NCBI GenBank assembly: GCA_963707655.1
Contig: OY970172.1
Location: forward strand, 128,001 to 192,000
Origin: an uncultured bacterium
Lineage (GTDB): Bacteria > Babelota > Babeliae > Babelales > Vermiphilaceae
Length of the DNA: 64,000 nucleotides
Direction of reading: 5' to 3'
This document shows positions 10,875-21,371 of this stretch, piece by piece (the stretch's first letter is position 1; each line of letters opens with the position of its first letter). Position numbers and translations under genes: made by a program. The notes beneath the pieces were generated by a model, which saw only the letters and a list, made by a program, of their open reading frames with translations, ran no database searches and had not been told where the DNA came from.

Positions 10875-12200
10875 ATGTTTGATTTTCTAACTAATAAATT
10901 TTCTTCTCTTTTCTCTTCACTGACGAATTCAGGAAAATTGACTGAAAAAGATGTTGATAAGACATTGCATGAGGTCAAAGAAGCTTTGTTGGAGGCCGAT
11001 GTTTCTTATGAGTTGGTAGAGGCTTTTGTACAGGACCTTAAAAAAGAGTTAGTGGGTCAAAAAGTACTCGCCGCTTTAAAGCCGGCTGAACAATTGGTTA
11101 AAGTGGTGCACGATCGCCTTAAAGCTTTTTTGGGGGGAGCGCAGCAGGAAGTTCCCTTTGCCTTTCAAATCCCGTGTGTGGTCATGGTGATGGGTTTGCA
11201 AGGGTCGGGAAAAACTACCTCCTTGGGAAAAATAGCTACCTGGATTCGCAAAGAGGCGGAAGCCAAAAAGAAAGAGCGCCGCATTTTATTGGCATCGGTT
11301 GATTTTTATAGGCCGGCGGCTGTTGACCAACTTGAAATAGTGGCCAAACAAGCGGGCGTCTCATTTTATCGATCTACCAAGACCAATCCGGTAGAGGCCT
11401 CACAAGATATTTATGCTCACTTTAAGCAAGGGCTTTATGAAGTCTTGCTTTTAGATACCGCAGGGCGCCTTCATGTAGATAATACGTTGCTCCAAGAACT
11501 GCGCGATATCGATGCGCGTTTGCATCCCAAATATAAATTATTGGTGCTTGATGCCATGACCGGCCAGGAATCATTAACAGTGGCCCGGGCTTTTGAGCAG
11601 GCGGTCGGTTTTGATTTTGCTCTCATGAGTAAAATGGATAGTGATACGCGTGGGGGAGCTGCTTTTTCATTTCGTTATGCCTTGAAAAAGCCCATACTTT
11701 TTATTGGTGTGGGAGAAAAGATGGAGGATCTTCAGCGTTTTCATCCTGATCGTATGGCGGGGCGCATTCTTGGCATGGGCGATATGGTTAGTTTGGCTGA
11801 ACAAGCGGATGAAAAGATCAAAAAGTCTGAGCAAGAGGCGGCATATAAGGCTTTTTCTAAGGGCCGTTTTACCCTGCAGGATTTTGCGGGTCAACTTTCC
11901 ATGATGGATAAATTGGGTTCTTTTTCTCAAATAGCCAAATATTTACCCGCAATGGGTGGACAGGCTTTGTCTTCAGACATGCTTGAAAAAGGTGAGCGAG
12001 AACTTAAAAAGTTTAAGGCTATTATCGGTTCAATGACGCCAAAAGAGCGATTCAGTCCTAATATCCTTGATGAATCACGAAAAAAACGTATAGCCTCGGG
12101 AGCCGGAGTTCAACCAGGCGATATAAATACTTTATTGCAGCGCTTTGAACAAAGCCAACAATATGTTAAACTATTTAATAAGTTTGGACGGTTTAAATAA
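10875..12200 (+). CDS. ffh: Signal recognition particle protein Ffh
   Basis: Start re-called at MFDFLTNKF; ALLEADV, GLQGSGKTT, DTAGR, DAMTGQ, RILGMGD, M domain SMTPKER. Confidence 0.95.
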   Translation: MFDFLTNKFSSLFSSLTNSGKLTEKDVDKTLHEVKEALLEADVSYELVEAFVQDLKKELVGQKVLAALKPAEQLVKVVHDRLKAFLGGAQQEVPFAFQIPCVVMVMGLQGSGKTTSLGKIATWIRKEAEAKKKERRILLASVDFYRPAAVDQLEIVAKQAGVSFYRSTKTNPVEASQDIYAHFKQGLYEVLLLDTAGRLHVDNTLLQELRDIDARLHPKYKLLVLDAMTGQESLTVARAFEQAVGFDFALMSKMDSDTRGGAAFSFRYALKKPILFIGVGEKMEDLQRFHPDRMAGRILGMGDMVSLAEQADEKIKKSEQEAAYKAFSKGRFTLQDFAGQLSMMDKLGSFSQIAKYLPAMGGQALSSDMLEKGERELKKFKAIIGSMTPKERFSPNILDESRKKRIASGAGVQPGDINTLLQRFEQSQQYVKLFNKFGRFK

Positions 12201-12241
12201 ATTCTTTAATATTTTTTATCTAATTATTTTAAGGGTGATGC

Positions 12242-12484
12242 ATGGCGGTTAGAATTCGCTTGGCTCGTATTGGCACAAAAAATACTCCTTTTTATCGCAT
12301 AGTAGCTATTGACGGTAGAAAGAAAAGAGACGGAGCTTTCTTGGAAAATCTGGGCACATACGACCCACTTAAAGGCTCTTTGGTACAATTCCATGTTGAA
12401 AGAATCAACGATTGGGTATCAAAAGGTGCCGTTGTCAGTGATGCCGTAAAAAAATTACAAAAATTACACAGCGCTCAGCAATAA
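12242..12484 (+). CDS. rpsP: 30S ribosomal protein S16
   Basis: MAVRIRLAR..PFYRIV..RDG..LGTYDP. Confidence 0.95.
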   Translation: MAVRIRLARIGTKNTPFYRIVAIDGRKKRDGAFLENLGTYDPLKGSLVQFHVERINDWVSKGAVVSDAVKKLQKLHSAQQ

Positions 12485-12551
12485 GAGCTGAAGGTATTAG
12501 AGCAAAAGATCGAATTGATTTTTGAACTACTTTTGCTCTGAGGATTTTGCA

Positions 12552-12782
12552 ATGATTAAACGAGCATTTGAACACATCGTCAAAACGGTGGTTGATAAGC
12601 CAGAATCGGTCGTTATAGAAGAATTCAACGAAGATTCAAAGGTTAAAATCACCATCAAGGTTGACGAACAAGATATTGGTAAGATTATTGGCAAAGAGGG
12701 GCGGACCATCAAGGCATTACGTGCTTTGGCCGCTGCTGTTGGCAATAAGGACCGTATGATTTCTATCGATATCATCAAATAG
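12552..12782 (+). CDS. khpA: KH-domain RNA-binding protein KhpA
   Basis: DIGKIIGKEGRTIKALR GxxG KH loop; conserved position after rpsP. Confidence 0.85.
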   Translation: MIKRAFEHIVKTVVDKPESVVIEEFNEDSKVKITIKVDEQDIGKIIGKEGRTIKALRALAAAVGNKDRMISIDIIK

Positions 12783-14087
12783 ATGAAAATATCTATTCTT
12801 TCGGTTTTTCCCGATCTTTACGATTCATTCTTAAAAACGAGTCTATTAAAGCGCGCTCAGGATGCTGGTTTAATTTCGATAGAAACGAATAGTTTCTTTT
12901 CGTATGTTGAACCAAAAGAGCGCATAGATGCTCCTACTTTTGGCCATGGCGCAGGAATGCTCATTAAGCCTGAAGTGGTTGAGCATGGCATTAATGACAT
13001 TGAACACAGGCGCGGTAAAGCCTTTAAGGTTTTCTTTTCTCCGCATGGCAAAAAGCTGGATCAGGACTATTTGACCTCTTTGGCGCGAAGCGCTCAAGAT
13101 GCTGGACACATGATGCTTATTCCAGCTCGCTATGAGGGCATGGATGTGCGTGTTGAGGCTGAATATGCTGATGCTATTGTCTCGGTTGGCGATTTTGTGC
13201 TGATGGGAGGAGACGTGCCGGCTATGATCCTGCTCGAGGGGTTACTGCGACTGATTCCCGGTGTTGTTGGCAAGCAAGAATCTATAGAAAAAGAATCATT
13301 TTCAGGACCATTCGTTGATCACCCTGAATATACGGAACCGGTTATGTGGCATGGCAAAGAAGTGCCGGCGGTTATCCGTTCAGGAAATCATGCAGCAATG
13401 AATGAGTGGCGAATGGAAGAGGCGGCTAAAAGAACAGTAATTAATCATTTTGATTGGTTGCGTAGTTCTTCCCTTGGCGCCGAACAGAAAAAATTGGTAC
13501 GGCAGGTTTTGCCGTCACATTATGTTGCTTTGTGTCATTCTCAAGTACTTATTGGCCAAGACAAACAGGTGGGCACTACCTCGGTTACCTCTATAGATAT
13601 TCATGATATTGCCAGATCTTCGCGTACCTATGGAGTTAAAAACTTTTTTATAGTAACGCCGCTGCTTGACCAGCAAAGGATCGTGCAAACATTGCTTGAT
13701 TTTTGGCATACCGATAGTGGTATTTCTTATAACAAAAGCAGACATGAAGCGCTCAGGCCAGTTGAAATGAAAGATGACATTGATCAAGTTGTCGCCACTA
13801 TTGAGCGGCAAGAAGGGAAAAAGCCTTTGGTTGTTGCTACTTCTGCTCGTGCGGTGGGCCACGTGAGGCAAATTTCTTTTCATGATCAAGGGGTTTTGTG
13901 GGAACAAGAGCGGCCAATCCTCTTTGTTTTTGGCACAGGCAAAGGATTTTCTGAAGAATTTTTGCAGCGCTGCGACTACCTGTTGCTTCCTGTGGGTGGG
14001 TTTTCAGATTTTAATCACCTGTCGGTGAGGTCGGCCGTGGCAATTATTCTTGATCGATGGATGGGTATTATAAGCAAAAAAGCATAA
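12783..14087 (+). CDS. trmD: tRNA (m1G37) methyltransferase TrmD fused to a C-terminal Tm1570-like SPOUT methyltransferase
   Basis: TrmD motifs FGHGAGM, RYEGMD, SVGDFVLMGG, ESFS, SGNH. C-terminal domain has DIHDIARSSRTYG, ATSAR, FGTGKG and FNHLSVRSAVAIILDR. Confidence 0.9.
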   Translation: MKISILSVFPDLYDSFLKTSLLKRAQDAGLISIETNSFFSYVEPKERIDAPTFGHGAGMLIKPEVVEHGINDIEHRRGKAFKVFFSPHGKKLDQDYLTSLARSAQDAGHMMLIPARYEGMDVRVEAEYADAIVSVGDFVLMGGDVPAMILLEGLLRLIPGVVGKQESIEKESFSGPFVDHPEYTEPVMWHGKEVPAVIRSGNHAAMNEWRMEEAAKRTVINHFDWLRSSSLGAEQKKLVRQVLPSHYVALCHSQVLIGQDKQVGTTSVTSIDIHDIARSSRTYGVKNFFIVTPLLDQQRIVQTLLDFWHTDSGISYNKSRHEALRPVEMKDDIDQVVATIERQEGKKPLVVATSARAVGHVRQISFHDQGVLWEQERPILFVFGTGKGFSEEFLQRCDYLLLPVGGFSDFNHLSVRSAVAIILDRWMGIISKKA

Positions 14088-14094
14088 AAACTGA

Positions 14095-14123
14095 TTGGCA
14101 TAAAGTATATTTTACGGTATAGT
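14095..14123 (+). promoter_or_regulatory. Putative sigma70 promoter of rplS
   Basis: TTGGCA-17 nt-TATAGT upstream of rplS. Confidence 0.4.
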
Positions 14124-14171
14124 AAAGATTATTTATTACGCATAACTGAACCTGACTGAAAGGCTCCTTTA

Positions 14172-14573
14172 ATGAAGGCTAACAAATTTACCCGCGAAAC
14201 AATTCGTGAACTCGGTATGTATAAACGTGAATTCCCTGACTTTAAAATTGGTGATGCAATTGCAGTTCACCAAAAAATTAAAGAAGGTGATAAAGAGCGT
14301 ATTCAAATATTTGAAGGTGACGTTATTGCGATCAGTAATAATGGTGCTTCATCAACTTTCATTGTTCGTAAGATTGGTGCTAATTCAGTGCCGGTTGAAC
14401 GTATCTTCCCTTACTATTCTCCCCTTATTGAATCAGTAAAGTTTATTCGCAGAGGTCAAGTGCGTAGAGCAAAACTCTATTACATGAGAGATCGCGTTGG
14501 TAAAGCTGCTCGCGTTCGCGAAAAAGTTATCACTCGTGAACAAAAAGAGCAAGCTGCCCAGTCTGCTAAATAA
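14172..14573 (+). CDS. rplS: 50S ribosomal protein L19
   Basis: [25 protein letters not shown]. Confidence 0.95.
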   Translation: MKANKFTRETIRELGMYKREFPDFKIGDAIAVHQKIKEGDKERIQIFEGDVIAISNNGASSTFIVRKIGANSVPVERIFPYYSPLIESVKFIRRGQVRRAKLYYMRDRVGKAARVREKVITREQKEQAAQSAK

Positions 14574-14585
14574 ATCGTTATTTTC

Positions 14586-15071
14586 ATGTCTTTAGCCTTA
14601 ATGCGCATTGTCTTCTTATGTACTATAGGAGCGGTGTTTTTCTCTGGTTGTGGTCGGTCAGCGAGAGCGCGTAAGAAATCCCAAGAAAAGCATGTGGCAA
14701 CCCAGCTACAGATCCAAGAAGATCTTGTTTATGAGCTTGAGGCTAAATTACATGATATTCCTATTCCCTTTCACCCGCAGTGCGGCATTTTGCTTTCTGA
14801 GTATAGCAAAGCAAATGATTCAGTTATTTTAAAATATAATCTTGCTACCTCTTGTTCAGATTTAACCTCTTTTTATGATAAAGAGATGGAGATTCTTGGT
14901 TGGCGCCAGGTGGCTTTTATGCAGGGCATAATTTCTTTGCTCGTGTTTGAAAAGCCAGGGCGTTTGATTGCTTTCCAGATAAAGACAAAAAGAGCTGTCG
15001 ATGGTTGCGAAACTCAAGAATTGATTGTTTTTAATAGCCGGAAAACTGAATATCGAGATTCAATAAAGTAA
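14586..15071 (+). CDS. Putative lipoprotein
   Basis: Hydrophobic leader ending in lipobox-like FSGC; DIPIP and FY..EM...GW segments. Confidence 0.6.
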   Translation: MSLALMRIVFLCTIGAVFFSGCGRSARARKKSQEKHVATQLQIQEDLVYELEAKLHDIPIPFHPQCGILLSEYSKANDSVILKYNLATSCSDLTSFYDKEMEILGWRQVAFMQGIISLLVFEKPGRLIAFQIKTKRAVDGCETQELIVFNSRKTEYRDSIK

Positions 15072-15092
15072 CGTCATTGGGTGGCGAACATT

Positions 15093-15527
15093 TTATTGCT
15101 GATAATTAGGCAGTCTTACACGACGATTGTGTTTTAGATAATAGTACTCTGCGTTTCCATCTTGATTATAATAATAATATATGATACGACCCAATCTATT
15201 ATCATAAAAATGGTATGTGGCTACGGGCCTTGCTGGACGCTGATAGGCGGATGGTTGGTAGTAGTCAACATAGTCGTCGTCTTGATCATAATAAGAGCGA
15301 TCTCGAGCTCTTCTGTCCGCAGATGAACCGGCCATTACACCGACACCGGCTCCAACGGCTGCACCAATGCCGGCACCTCTACCGCCGCCGGCTAATCCAC
15401 CCAGAAGTGCGCCTCCTAAAGCTCCTCCCACTAATCCCTCAGCAGCACGATTGCGATCATCTGCCATTAATGAAGACGAAAAAAGTGTTATGCCTACAAT
15501 AAGCGCGATTTTAATATTTTGAATCAT
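15093..15527 (-). CDS. Secreted glycine-zipper protein with Tyr-rich C-terminus
   Basis: Signal peptide, then GLVGGALGGALLGGLAGGGRGAGIGAAVGAGVG. Confidence 0.7.
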   Translation of the reverse strand: MIQNIKIALIVGITLFSSSLMADDRNRAAEGLVGGALGGALLGGLAGGGRGAGIGAAVGAGVGVMAGSSADRRARDRSYYDQDDDYVDYYQPSAYQRPARPVATYHFYDNRLGRIIYYYYNQDGNAEYYYLKHNRRVRLPNYQQ

Positions 15528-15640
15528 TGTTCTATCCGTATATCAATGCTATGAATTTTTTTATTCTATACAGAAAAATTGTAACAATTTTTCTAATTGA
15601 AAATAAACAAAAAGCATTTGATACGGTAAAAATCTTAAAA

Positions 15641-17047
15641 CTACCACATTTCTGGCAATTTTGTGATGCTTCCCGCACCCAAAAGCAGTACGAGATCTTC
15701 GGCGTGTATTATCGGTTCAAGAAATGTTTTTAGTGACGCAAAATTTGATTCGCATGGAACGTAAGATACGGTGAAAGGTGGCTGTTTTGCTGCTAAAGCG
15801 TCAACTAATTTTTGTGCCGTTATGCCGGCTATTGGGGATTCGCTCGCTGCATAAATGTCGGTGATAATAAGATTGTCCAAGGGGCAAGATAGTAATGTTT
15901 CAAGAAAAAGATCCCATAATTTATGGGTGCGCGAATAGCGGTGGGGTTGAAATACGACCGTTAATTTGTTTTTTGCTCGTTTGCGTGCCATATGCACCGT
16001 TTGATAAATTTCTTCTGGGTGATGGCCATAATCATCAAAAAACTCGGCCTCTTGAAATACTCCTCTAAAAGAAAAGCGACGTTCAACGCCGGCAAAAGTG
16101 GTCAACGCATGGGCAATAGTATCAAAAGGGATATCTAGCGTATGAGCTATCGCTATAGCTGCTAAGCTATTGAGCACATTGTGGCTTCCCGGTATCGCTA
16201 AAGATGCTGTGCCAAGCACCATATTCTGGTGCTTTATGGTAAAGTGGGAGCGGTCCCCCTCCAATTGAATATTGTACGCATAAAAATCAGCAGGATGGTC
16301 AAGGCCATAGCTGATGTAGGGAGTTTTTATCGTGGGCAATAGTGAGCGTATATTTTCATTATCGGTGCATACAATAGCTTGGCCATAAAAAGGTATTGTA
16401 TCCAGAAATTTTTTAAAAGATTCTGTGATGTCGGCAAGATCATGATATGTTTCTAAATGCTCCAAATCAATATTGGTTACTATGCCGAATGTTGGCCTTA
16501 AATTAAGAAATGAGCGGTCGCTCTCATCCGCTTCGGCGACTAACAACGAACCGTTGCCTGCATGCGCATTATTCTGAATGTTTTTTAAGTAACCACCAAT
16601 AATAATAGTGGGATCAAGTTTTGCTTCAAGAAGAATATGTGCAATAAGAGATGTTGTGGTAGTTTTTCCGTGAGAGCCGGTAACCGCAATGCTATATGAG
16701 GTTCGCATAAGTTCGGCGAGCATCAATGAGCGGTGTATTACCGGAATTTTTCTACTGCGCGCAGCAACTATCTCGCTGTTCTCTCGAGAAAGAGTTGCTG
16801 AATAAGTCAGAATGTCGGTTGAATAAACAAGAACATCAATCGAAGAATCAAGACACCCTGGGGTGTTGTTTCCCTGATGGATTGAGCATCCTTTGGCGAT
16901 GAGCTGTTTTATGCTTTTCTGTTGCACATCGAGGTCGCATCCAGAAACAGTATAGCCCTTTTCGCGCAGTATTAATGCAATGCCGCTCATGCCAATGCCG
17001 CCAATGCCCATAAAATGTATATGTGTTCTTTTGTTATACATAAACAA
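15641..17047 (-). CDS. murC: UDP-N-acetylmuramate--L-alanine ligase
   Basis: GIGGIGMSGIA, GSHGKTTT, EADESD, DDYGHHP, FQPHRYSRT. Confidence 0.95.
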   Translation of the reverse strand: MFMYNKRTHIHFMGIGGIGMSGIALILREKGYTVSGCDLDVQQKSIKQLIAKGCSIHQGNNTPGCLDSSIDVLVYSTDILTYSATLSRENSEIVAARSRKIPVIHRSLMLAELMRTSYSIAVTGSHGKTTTTSLIAHILLEAKLDPTIIIGGYLKNIQNNAHAGNGSLLVAEADESDRSFLNLRPTFGIVTNIDLEHLETYHDLADITESFKKFLDTIPFYGQAIVCTDNENIRSLLPTIKTPYISYGLDHPADFYAYNIQLEGDRSHFTIKHQNMVLGTASLAIPGSHNVLNSLAAIAIAHTLDIPFDTIAHALTTFAGVERRFSFRGVFQEAEFFDDYGHHPEEIYQTVHMARKRAKNKLTVVFQPHRYSRTHKLWDLFLETLLSCPLDNLIITDIYAASESPIAGITAQKLVDALAAKQPPFTVSYVPCESNFASLKTFLEPIIHAEDLVLLLGAGSITKLPEMW

Positions 17048-17143
17048 TTAGTCCTTTCTCAAAGATGCAATTGCCCTCAATCATAACAAAATAACGACTA
17101 TGAACCAAGTCTCATCTGTTTTCTTAAGATGATATGATTAATG

Positions 17144-17500
17144 TTATAGGAGTTTTCGCAACGCGATGAGCTGCTGCTTGAGATCGAGTAACTGCTCCAG
17201 GAGGATGTTTTGTGGCTGCTCTTCTGCTATGTCGAATGTCGTGACTTGAGCCCCTTTGATGCCCGGGCTTTTTCTATAAATCTCTTTTTTTGCGCCTGCT
17301 ATGGTAAATCCTCGTTCATAGAGTAATTCTTTAATGTGCTGAAATCTTTCAAGATCATCATCATTATAAAAGCGCTGCCCACCTTCGGAGCGGTATGTTT
17401 TAAAGTTAAATTCTTTTTCCCAAAAACGAATCACAAATTTTTCAACGGATAATTTCTCGGCTAAATCACCAATACGGAAAAGACGTTTTTGCATTTTCAC
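17144..17500 (-). CDS. MerR-family transcriptional regulator
   Basis: FRIGDLA...VIRFWEKEF...GGQRFY...LLYERGFTIAGAK. Confidence 0.85.
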   Translation of the reverse strand: MKMQKRLFRIGDLAEKLSVEKFVIRFWEKEFNFKTYRSEGGQRFYNDDDLERFQHIKELLYERGFTIAGAKKEIYRKSPGIKGAQVTTFDIAEEQPQNILLEQLLDLKQQLIALRKLL

Positions 17501-17723
17501 TTTCAGCTCCTTAAATTTTTTCTCTTAACTATGATCAAGAAGATCTCTGATATTCTATAGCGTAACTGACAGAAGATGTAAATGATGAGCATGAGAAGTT
17601 GGTGAAAAAGGTGATTGGCAAGCACTTCATTTATATGATATTATTAAACGGTTCTTTTAGAGAGGCGTAGCTCTCTGTTTGCCGAAAATATACTATCATT
17701 AATCGAAGGTTTATCTTACTGCT

Positions 17724-19253
17724 ATGAATATCAAAGAATTCGTTATGCCGGCGATAATCGCCCTTGTGTTGACCATTGGTTTCCAATATTTCTTTTTAAA
17801 CAAGAAAACAGAAGTTGTTGGCGGAGTAAAATCGGGGCAATCATTCATTGCACCGCGCACTATGAGTGAGGCAAAGCCGCTTAATTTGGAAGTTAATTTT
17901 TTGGGGGATCATTATACCCATGAACCGAAAAAAACGGTTGTTGAAACTCCGTATGCGACTTTTACTTTTTCTGAAGAAGGCGCATCGCTTGAGCGTTTGA
18001 CTTTCAAAGAGCATGTTCACGAATCACCAACATTAATGTCTACTATCAATGCAACTGAACAGACCCAGAGAGAAGAACGTTGCTTTTTGGTGGCATTTAA
18101 TACCGTTACTCCCTATTATTACTATTTAAAGAGCGTAAGCGCGACAGAAATGGGAACTGAACTTGTATATGAGGTACAGACTCAGCAAGGTGTTATAGGG
18201 AAAAAATTTCTAATCCATAACAACAAGCATCAAGTTGATCTTACGATTACCGTTGATCCAAAGAGTAAAGATGCTATTGGATTGCGTGTTATGTATCCCT
18301 CGCCATTTATGCAAGAAATAGCCAAAGATGACACATACTCCGCGTTGGTTATTAATGATCAGAATGCGTTAGAAAAAATTGCGCGCAAAAAAATGGATAC
18401 GCATCGTGGTTGGTTTGGGCCAGCGATATTTGGCGGAGAAAACAAGTATTTTATTCATGCGATGGTAGAAGATCCGCAGCATTTTGCAGAGCGCGCGTAT
18501 TATAAAATGGCCTGCAGCTCCATGATTTCCATCATTGAAGGCCCATCGATAGAAGAAAAGAGCAGTTGGAACCTAAGCTTTTATATGGGGCCAAAAACAG
18601 AGCATGCTATCGCACAAGTTGACCAACGCTTAGAAGGGGCCATCGAATATTCAGGATGGTTGGCACCATTATCGCGATTGCTATTATACCTTCTTAAGTT
18701 CTTGCATCGTTATGTGCACAATTACGGTCTTGCGATTGTCCTGCTTACTATAGCCATTAAATTGATATTAATGCCCTTCTCATTTAAGGGAAAACATGCA
18801 CGGAAAAAACAAGAAGAATATCAAAGAAAGCTTGCCTACATACAGCAAAAATATAAAAATGAACCGGAATTACTCGCACGTGAGCGCGCCGATTTAATTC
18901 GTAAGCATGGTATGCCGGGACTAGGCGCAGCGGTGCCTATGTTATTGCAATTTCCTCTTTTTATTGCCTTAAATAGAGTGCTTTCAAGTTCTATCGAAAT
19001 GTATAAAGCGCCATTTTTATGGATCCCCGATCTTTCAGGATATGATCCTTATTATATTTTAGCGATATTGATAACGGTAAGTATGCTTGTTAATGCATTG
19101 TTTGTTGATTCAAAGCAGCGACTCTCTATGTTGGCTGTGGGGTTAGTAATTGGTGCCTTCGCAGCAAACTTTTCTGCCGGTTTAGCGTTGTTTGTTTTAG
19201 TCAATACTGCAATGACGGTGCTACAAACACTGGTGCAGGGTAAGGTGGCGTAA
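17724..19253 (+). CDS. yidC: Membrane protein insertase YidC
   Basis: N-terminal TM, periplasmic domain, NYGLAIVLLT, PFLWIPDLS..DPYYIL. Confidence 0.9.
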   Translation: MNIKEFVMPAIIALVLTIGFQYFFLNKKTEVVGGVKSGQSFIAPRTMSEAKPLNLEVNFLGDHYTHEPKKTVVETPYATFTFSEEGASLERLTFKEHVHESPTLMSTINATEQTQREERCFLVAFNTVTPYYYYLKSVSATEMGTELVYEVQTQQGVIGKKFLIHNNKHQVDLTITVDPKSKDAIGLRVMYPSPFMQEIAKDDTYSALVINDQNALEKIARKKMDTHRGWFGPAIFGGENKYFIHAMVEDPQHFAERAYYKMACSSMISIIEGPSIEEKSSWNLSFYMGPKTEHAIAQVDQRLEGAIEYSGWLAPLSRLLLYLLKFLHRYVHNYGLAIVLLTIAIKLILMPFSFKGKHARKKQEEYQRKLAYIQQKYKNEPELLARERADLIRKHGMPGLGAAVPMLLQFPLFIALNRVLSSSIEMYKAPFLWIPDLSGYDPYYILAILITVSMLVNALFVDSKQRLSMLAVGLVIGAFAANFSAGLALFVLVNTAMTVLQTLVQGKVA

Positions 19254-19856
19254 ATGTTAAAAGATTTGCCCAGCCTTGAGCAGTTGATTAAAGTCTTGCA
19301 GCAAGTGCCTTATTTGGCATCGAAAAACATTTATCGCGTAGGTTCTTATTTTTTGCAGCTTGAACAGAATAAGCTAGAGCAATTTTGTGATATTTTATTG
19401 GAAGCCAAGAAAAAAGTAGTCCCCTGCATTCGTTGTTATACATGGCGAGAAACGGATCGCGATTGCGCTTTTTGTTCGTCAATAAAACGCGATCAGAAAA
19501 CCGTATGTGTTATCGAGAGTTGGCAAGAACTTATTGCGATTGAAAAAACTGGCGGTTATCAAGGAGTGTACCACGTGCTCGGTGGGGTTATTTGCCCTTT
19601 GGACGGTATTGGTCCCGATGACTTAACTATTCAGGCCTTGATAGAGCGGGTTGATAAAGAGGGCATCAAAGAAATTATTTTGGCCATGAACCAAACGCCG
19701 GAAGGTGAAGCCACCATAGCGTATATTGGGCGCAAATTGAAAGATAGGCAGGTGCTTGTATCCTGTCTTGCGCGGGGAATTCCCGTTGGCTCTCATTTGG
19801 AGTCTATTGATCGCTTGACAGTGTATAAAGCTCTTTCTGAACGGCGACCTTTTTAG
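19254..19856 (+). CDS. recR: Recombination mediator RecR
   Basis: C4 zinc finger (CIRC..CAFC), YHVLGG, PEGEAT, LARGIPVG. Confidence 0.92.
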   Translation: MLKDLPSLEQLIKVLQQVPYLASKNIYRVGSYFLQLEQNKLEQFCDILLEAKKKVVPCIRCYTWRETDRDCAFCSSIKRDQKTVCVIESWQELIAIEKTGGYQGVYHVLGGVICPLDGIGPDDLTIQALIERVDKEGIKEIILAMNQTPEGEATIAYIGRKLKDRQVLVSCLARGIPVGSHLESIDRLTVYKALSERRPF

Positions 19857-19862
19857 GAGAAA

Positions 19863-21197
19863 ATGACAATGACAAACAATTTCTCAATCTATGCTGCGCG
19901 CAGAAAAGATCTGGCTGCATCGGTGAAAAATTCCCACAAAAAAGAAAACGGAGTAGTTTTTCTCTTTGCCGGTTTTGAAAACGAGCGCATGCGTTTTCGG
20001 CAAGAGAGTTCATTTTATTATTATACCGGCATTACTGAGCCTGGTTGTGTACTGGCTGTTGATTTAGGCGGTAAAGCAACTCTATGGGTGCCTCATACTA
20101 CCACCAAGCGTGCGCAATGGGTTGAAGCCGATATACCGTTGACACAGGAAAATGCACAAAAATTTGGTATTAATGAAATAAAGTTTTTGGGAAGCAAGAG
20201 TTTGGGATATCAATTCCACCATTTCTTTTATCAAGAAGAATATGAGAATTTCATTGCATTTATTCACCAGTGCGTAGCAGATGATATCGCTATGTTTACC
20301 CTTAATCCCGATGACGCATCTTCCTATGCCGAGCAACGTTTGATACTACAGCGTCTGCATAAATTCGTTTCGCAGCATTTCTCCCTGCACGATATATCTC
20401 CTCTCATACATGCGGCTAGACGACGCAAAGATATGCATGAAATTGAATTGATGTATCAGGCAATCGATATTACTAGTTTAGCGCAAGAGGCTGCAGCTAG
20501 GGCGATAGCTCCCGGCGTGAATGAAGCTGAAGTGCAGGCAAGTTTGGAATATATGATGACCGGATCAAAGGCTCGTATAGCATTTCCTTCCATTGTGGCG
20601 GGAGGTAAAAATGGCACTGTTTTGCATTACATGAGCAATTCTGCCTCCTTACAAAAGGGTGATTTGGTTGTTGTTGATATTGGAGCCGAGCATAACTACT
20701 ACTGTGCTGATATTACGCGCACGTACCCAGTATCGGGCAAGTTTTCTGCGCGTCAGCGCGAATTATACAATCTCGTCTTAAATACGCAAGAATACATAGC
20801 TGGCCTTGCCAAGCCAGGTTATTGGCTTTCCAATAAAGAACATCCAGACAAATCATTGCACCACTTAGCCAAAAAATTTCTTGATGAACATGGCTATGGA
20901 CGCTACTTTGTTCACGGCATAGGGCATTTCTTAGGACTCGATGTTCACGACGTGGGAAATTATGAAGAGCCGTTGCAAGAGGGTGATGCCTTCACCATAG
21001 AGCCCGGTATTTACATTCCTGAAGAAAAAATTGGTATTCGCATTGAAGACAACTATTGGCTCGCAAAAGATACGCTGATTTGCTTGAGCGAACATTTACC
21101 AAAAACGATTGCAGAGATTGAGACAATGATGCAAGTCGGTGCGGATGAAGGTGGTGTAGAGGACGACCACCTGGAAGATGATTTTGCGCAAGGGTGA
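19863..21197 (+). CDS. pepP: Xaa-Pro aminopeptidase
   Basis: FRQESSFYYYTG, DIGAE..YCADITRT, HGIGHFLGLDVHD, TIEPGIY, GIRIED. Confidence 0.9.
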   Translation: MTMTNNFSIYAARRKDLAASVKNSHKKENGVVFLFAGFENERMRFRQESSFYYYTGITEPGCVLAVDLGGKATLWVPHTTTKRAQWVEADIPLTQENAQKFGINEIKFLGSKSLGYQFHHFFYQEEYENFIAFIHQCVADDIAMFTLNPDDASSYAEQRLILQRLHKFVSQHFSLHDISPLIHAARRRKDMHEIELMYQAIDITSLAQEAAARAIAPGVNEAEVQASLEYMMTGSKARIAFPSIVAGGKNGTVLHYMSNSASLQKGDLVVVDIGAEHNYYCADITRTYPVSGKFSARQRELYNLVLNTQEYIAGLAKPGYWLSNKEHPDKSLHHLAKKFLDEHGYGRYFVHGIGHFLGLDVHDVGNYEEPLQEGDAFTIEPGIYIPEEKIGIRIEDNYWLAKDTLICLSEHLPKTIAEIETMMQVGADEGGVEDDHLEDDFAQG

Positions 21198-21304
21198 TGT
21201 TAACAGTATTTGATCATAGTCTTTTTGCTTGCCATGTGGTACTTTAAAACTTAAAGCATCGGTTTACTTATTAAGAGAATTAAGACCGGTATTGTATACA
21301 ATTT

Positions 21305-21337
21305 AAAGAGGGTTGGTAGAAAATGCCGACCCTTTTC
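21305..21337. repeat. Degenerate hairpin, inverted copy of the 22336-22395 element
   Basis: AGAGGGTTGGTAGAAAATGCCGACCCTTTT shares AAAATGCCGACCCTTTT with the reverse complement of the downstream hairpin. Confidence 0.6.
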
Positions 21338-21371
21338 AATTATCTGTTGTTGATTACCAAAAGGACTTATT

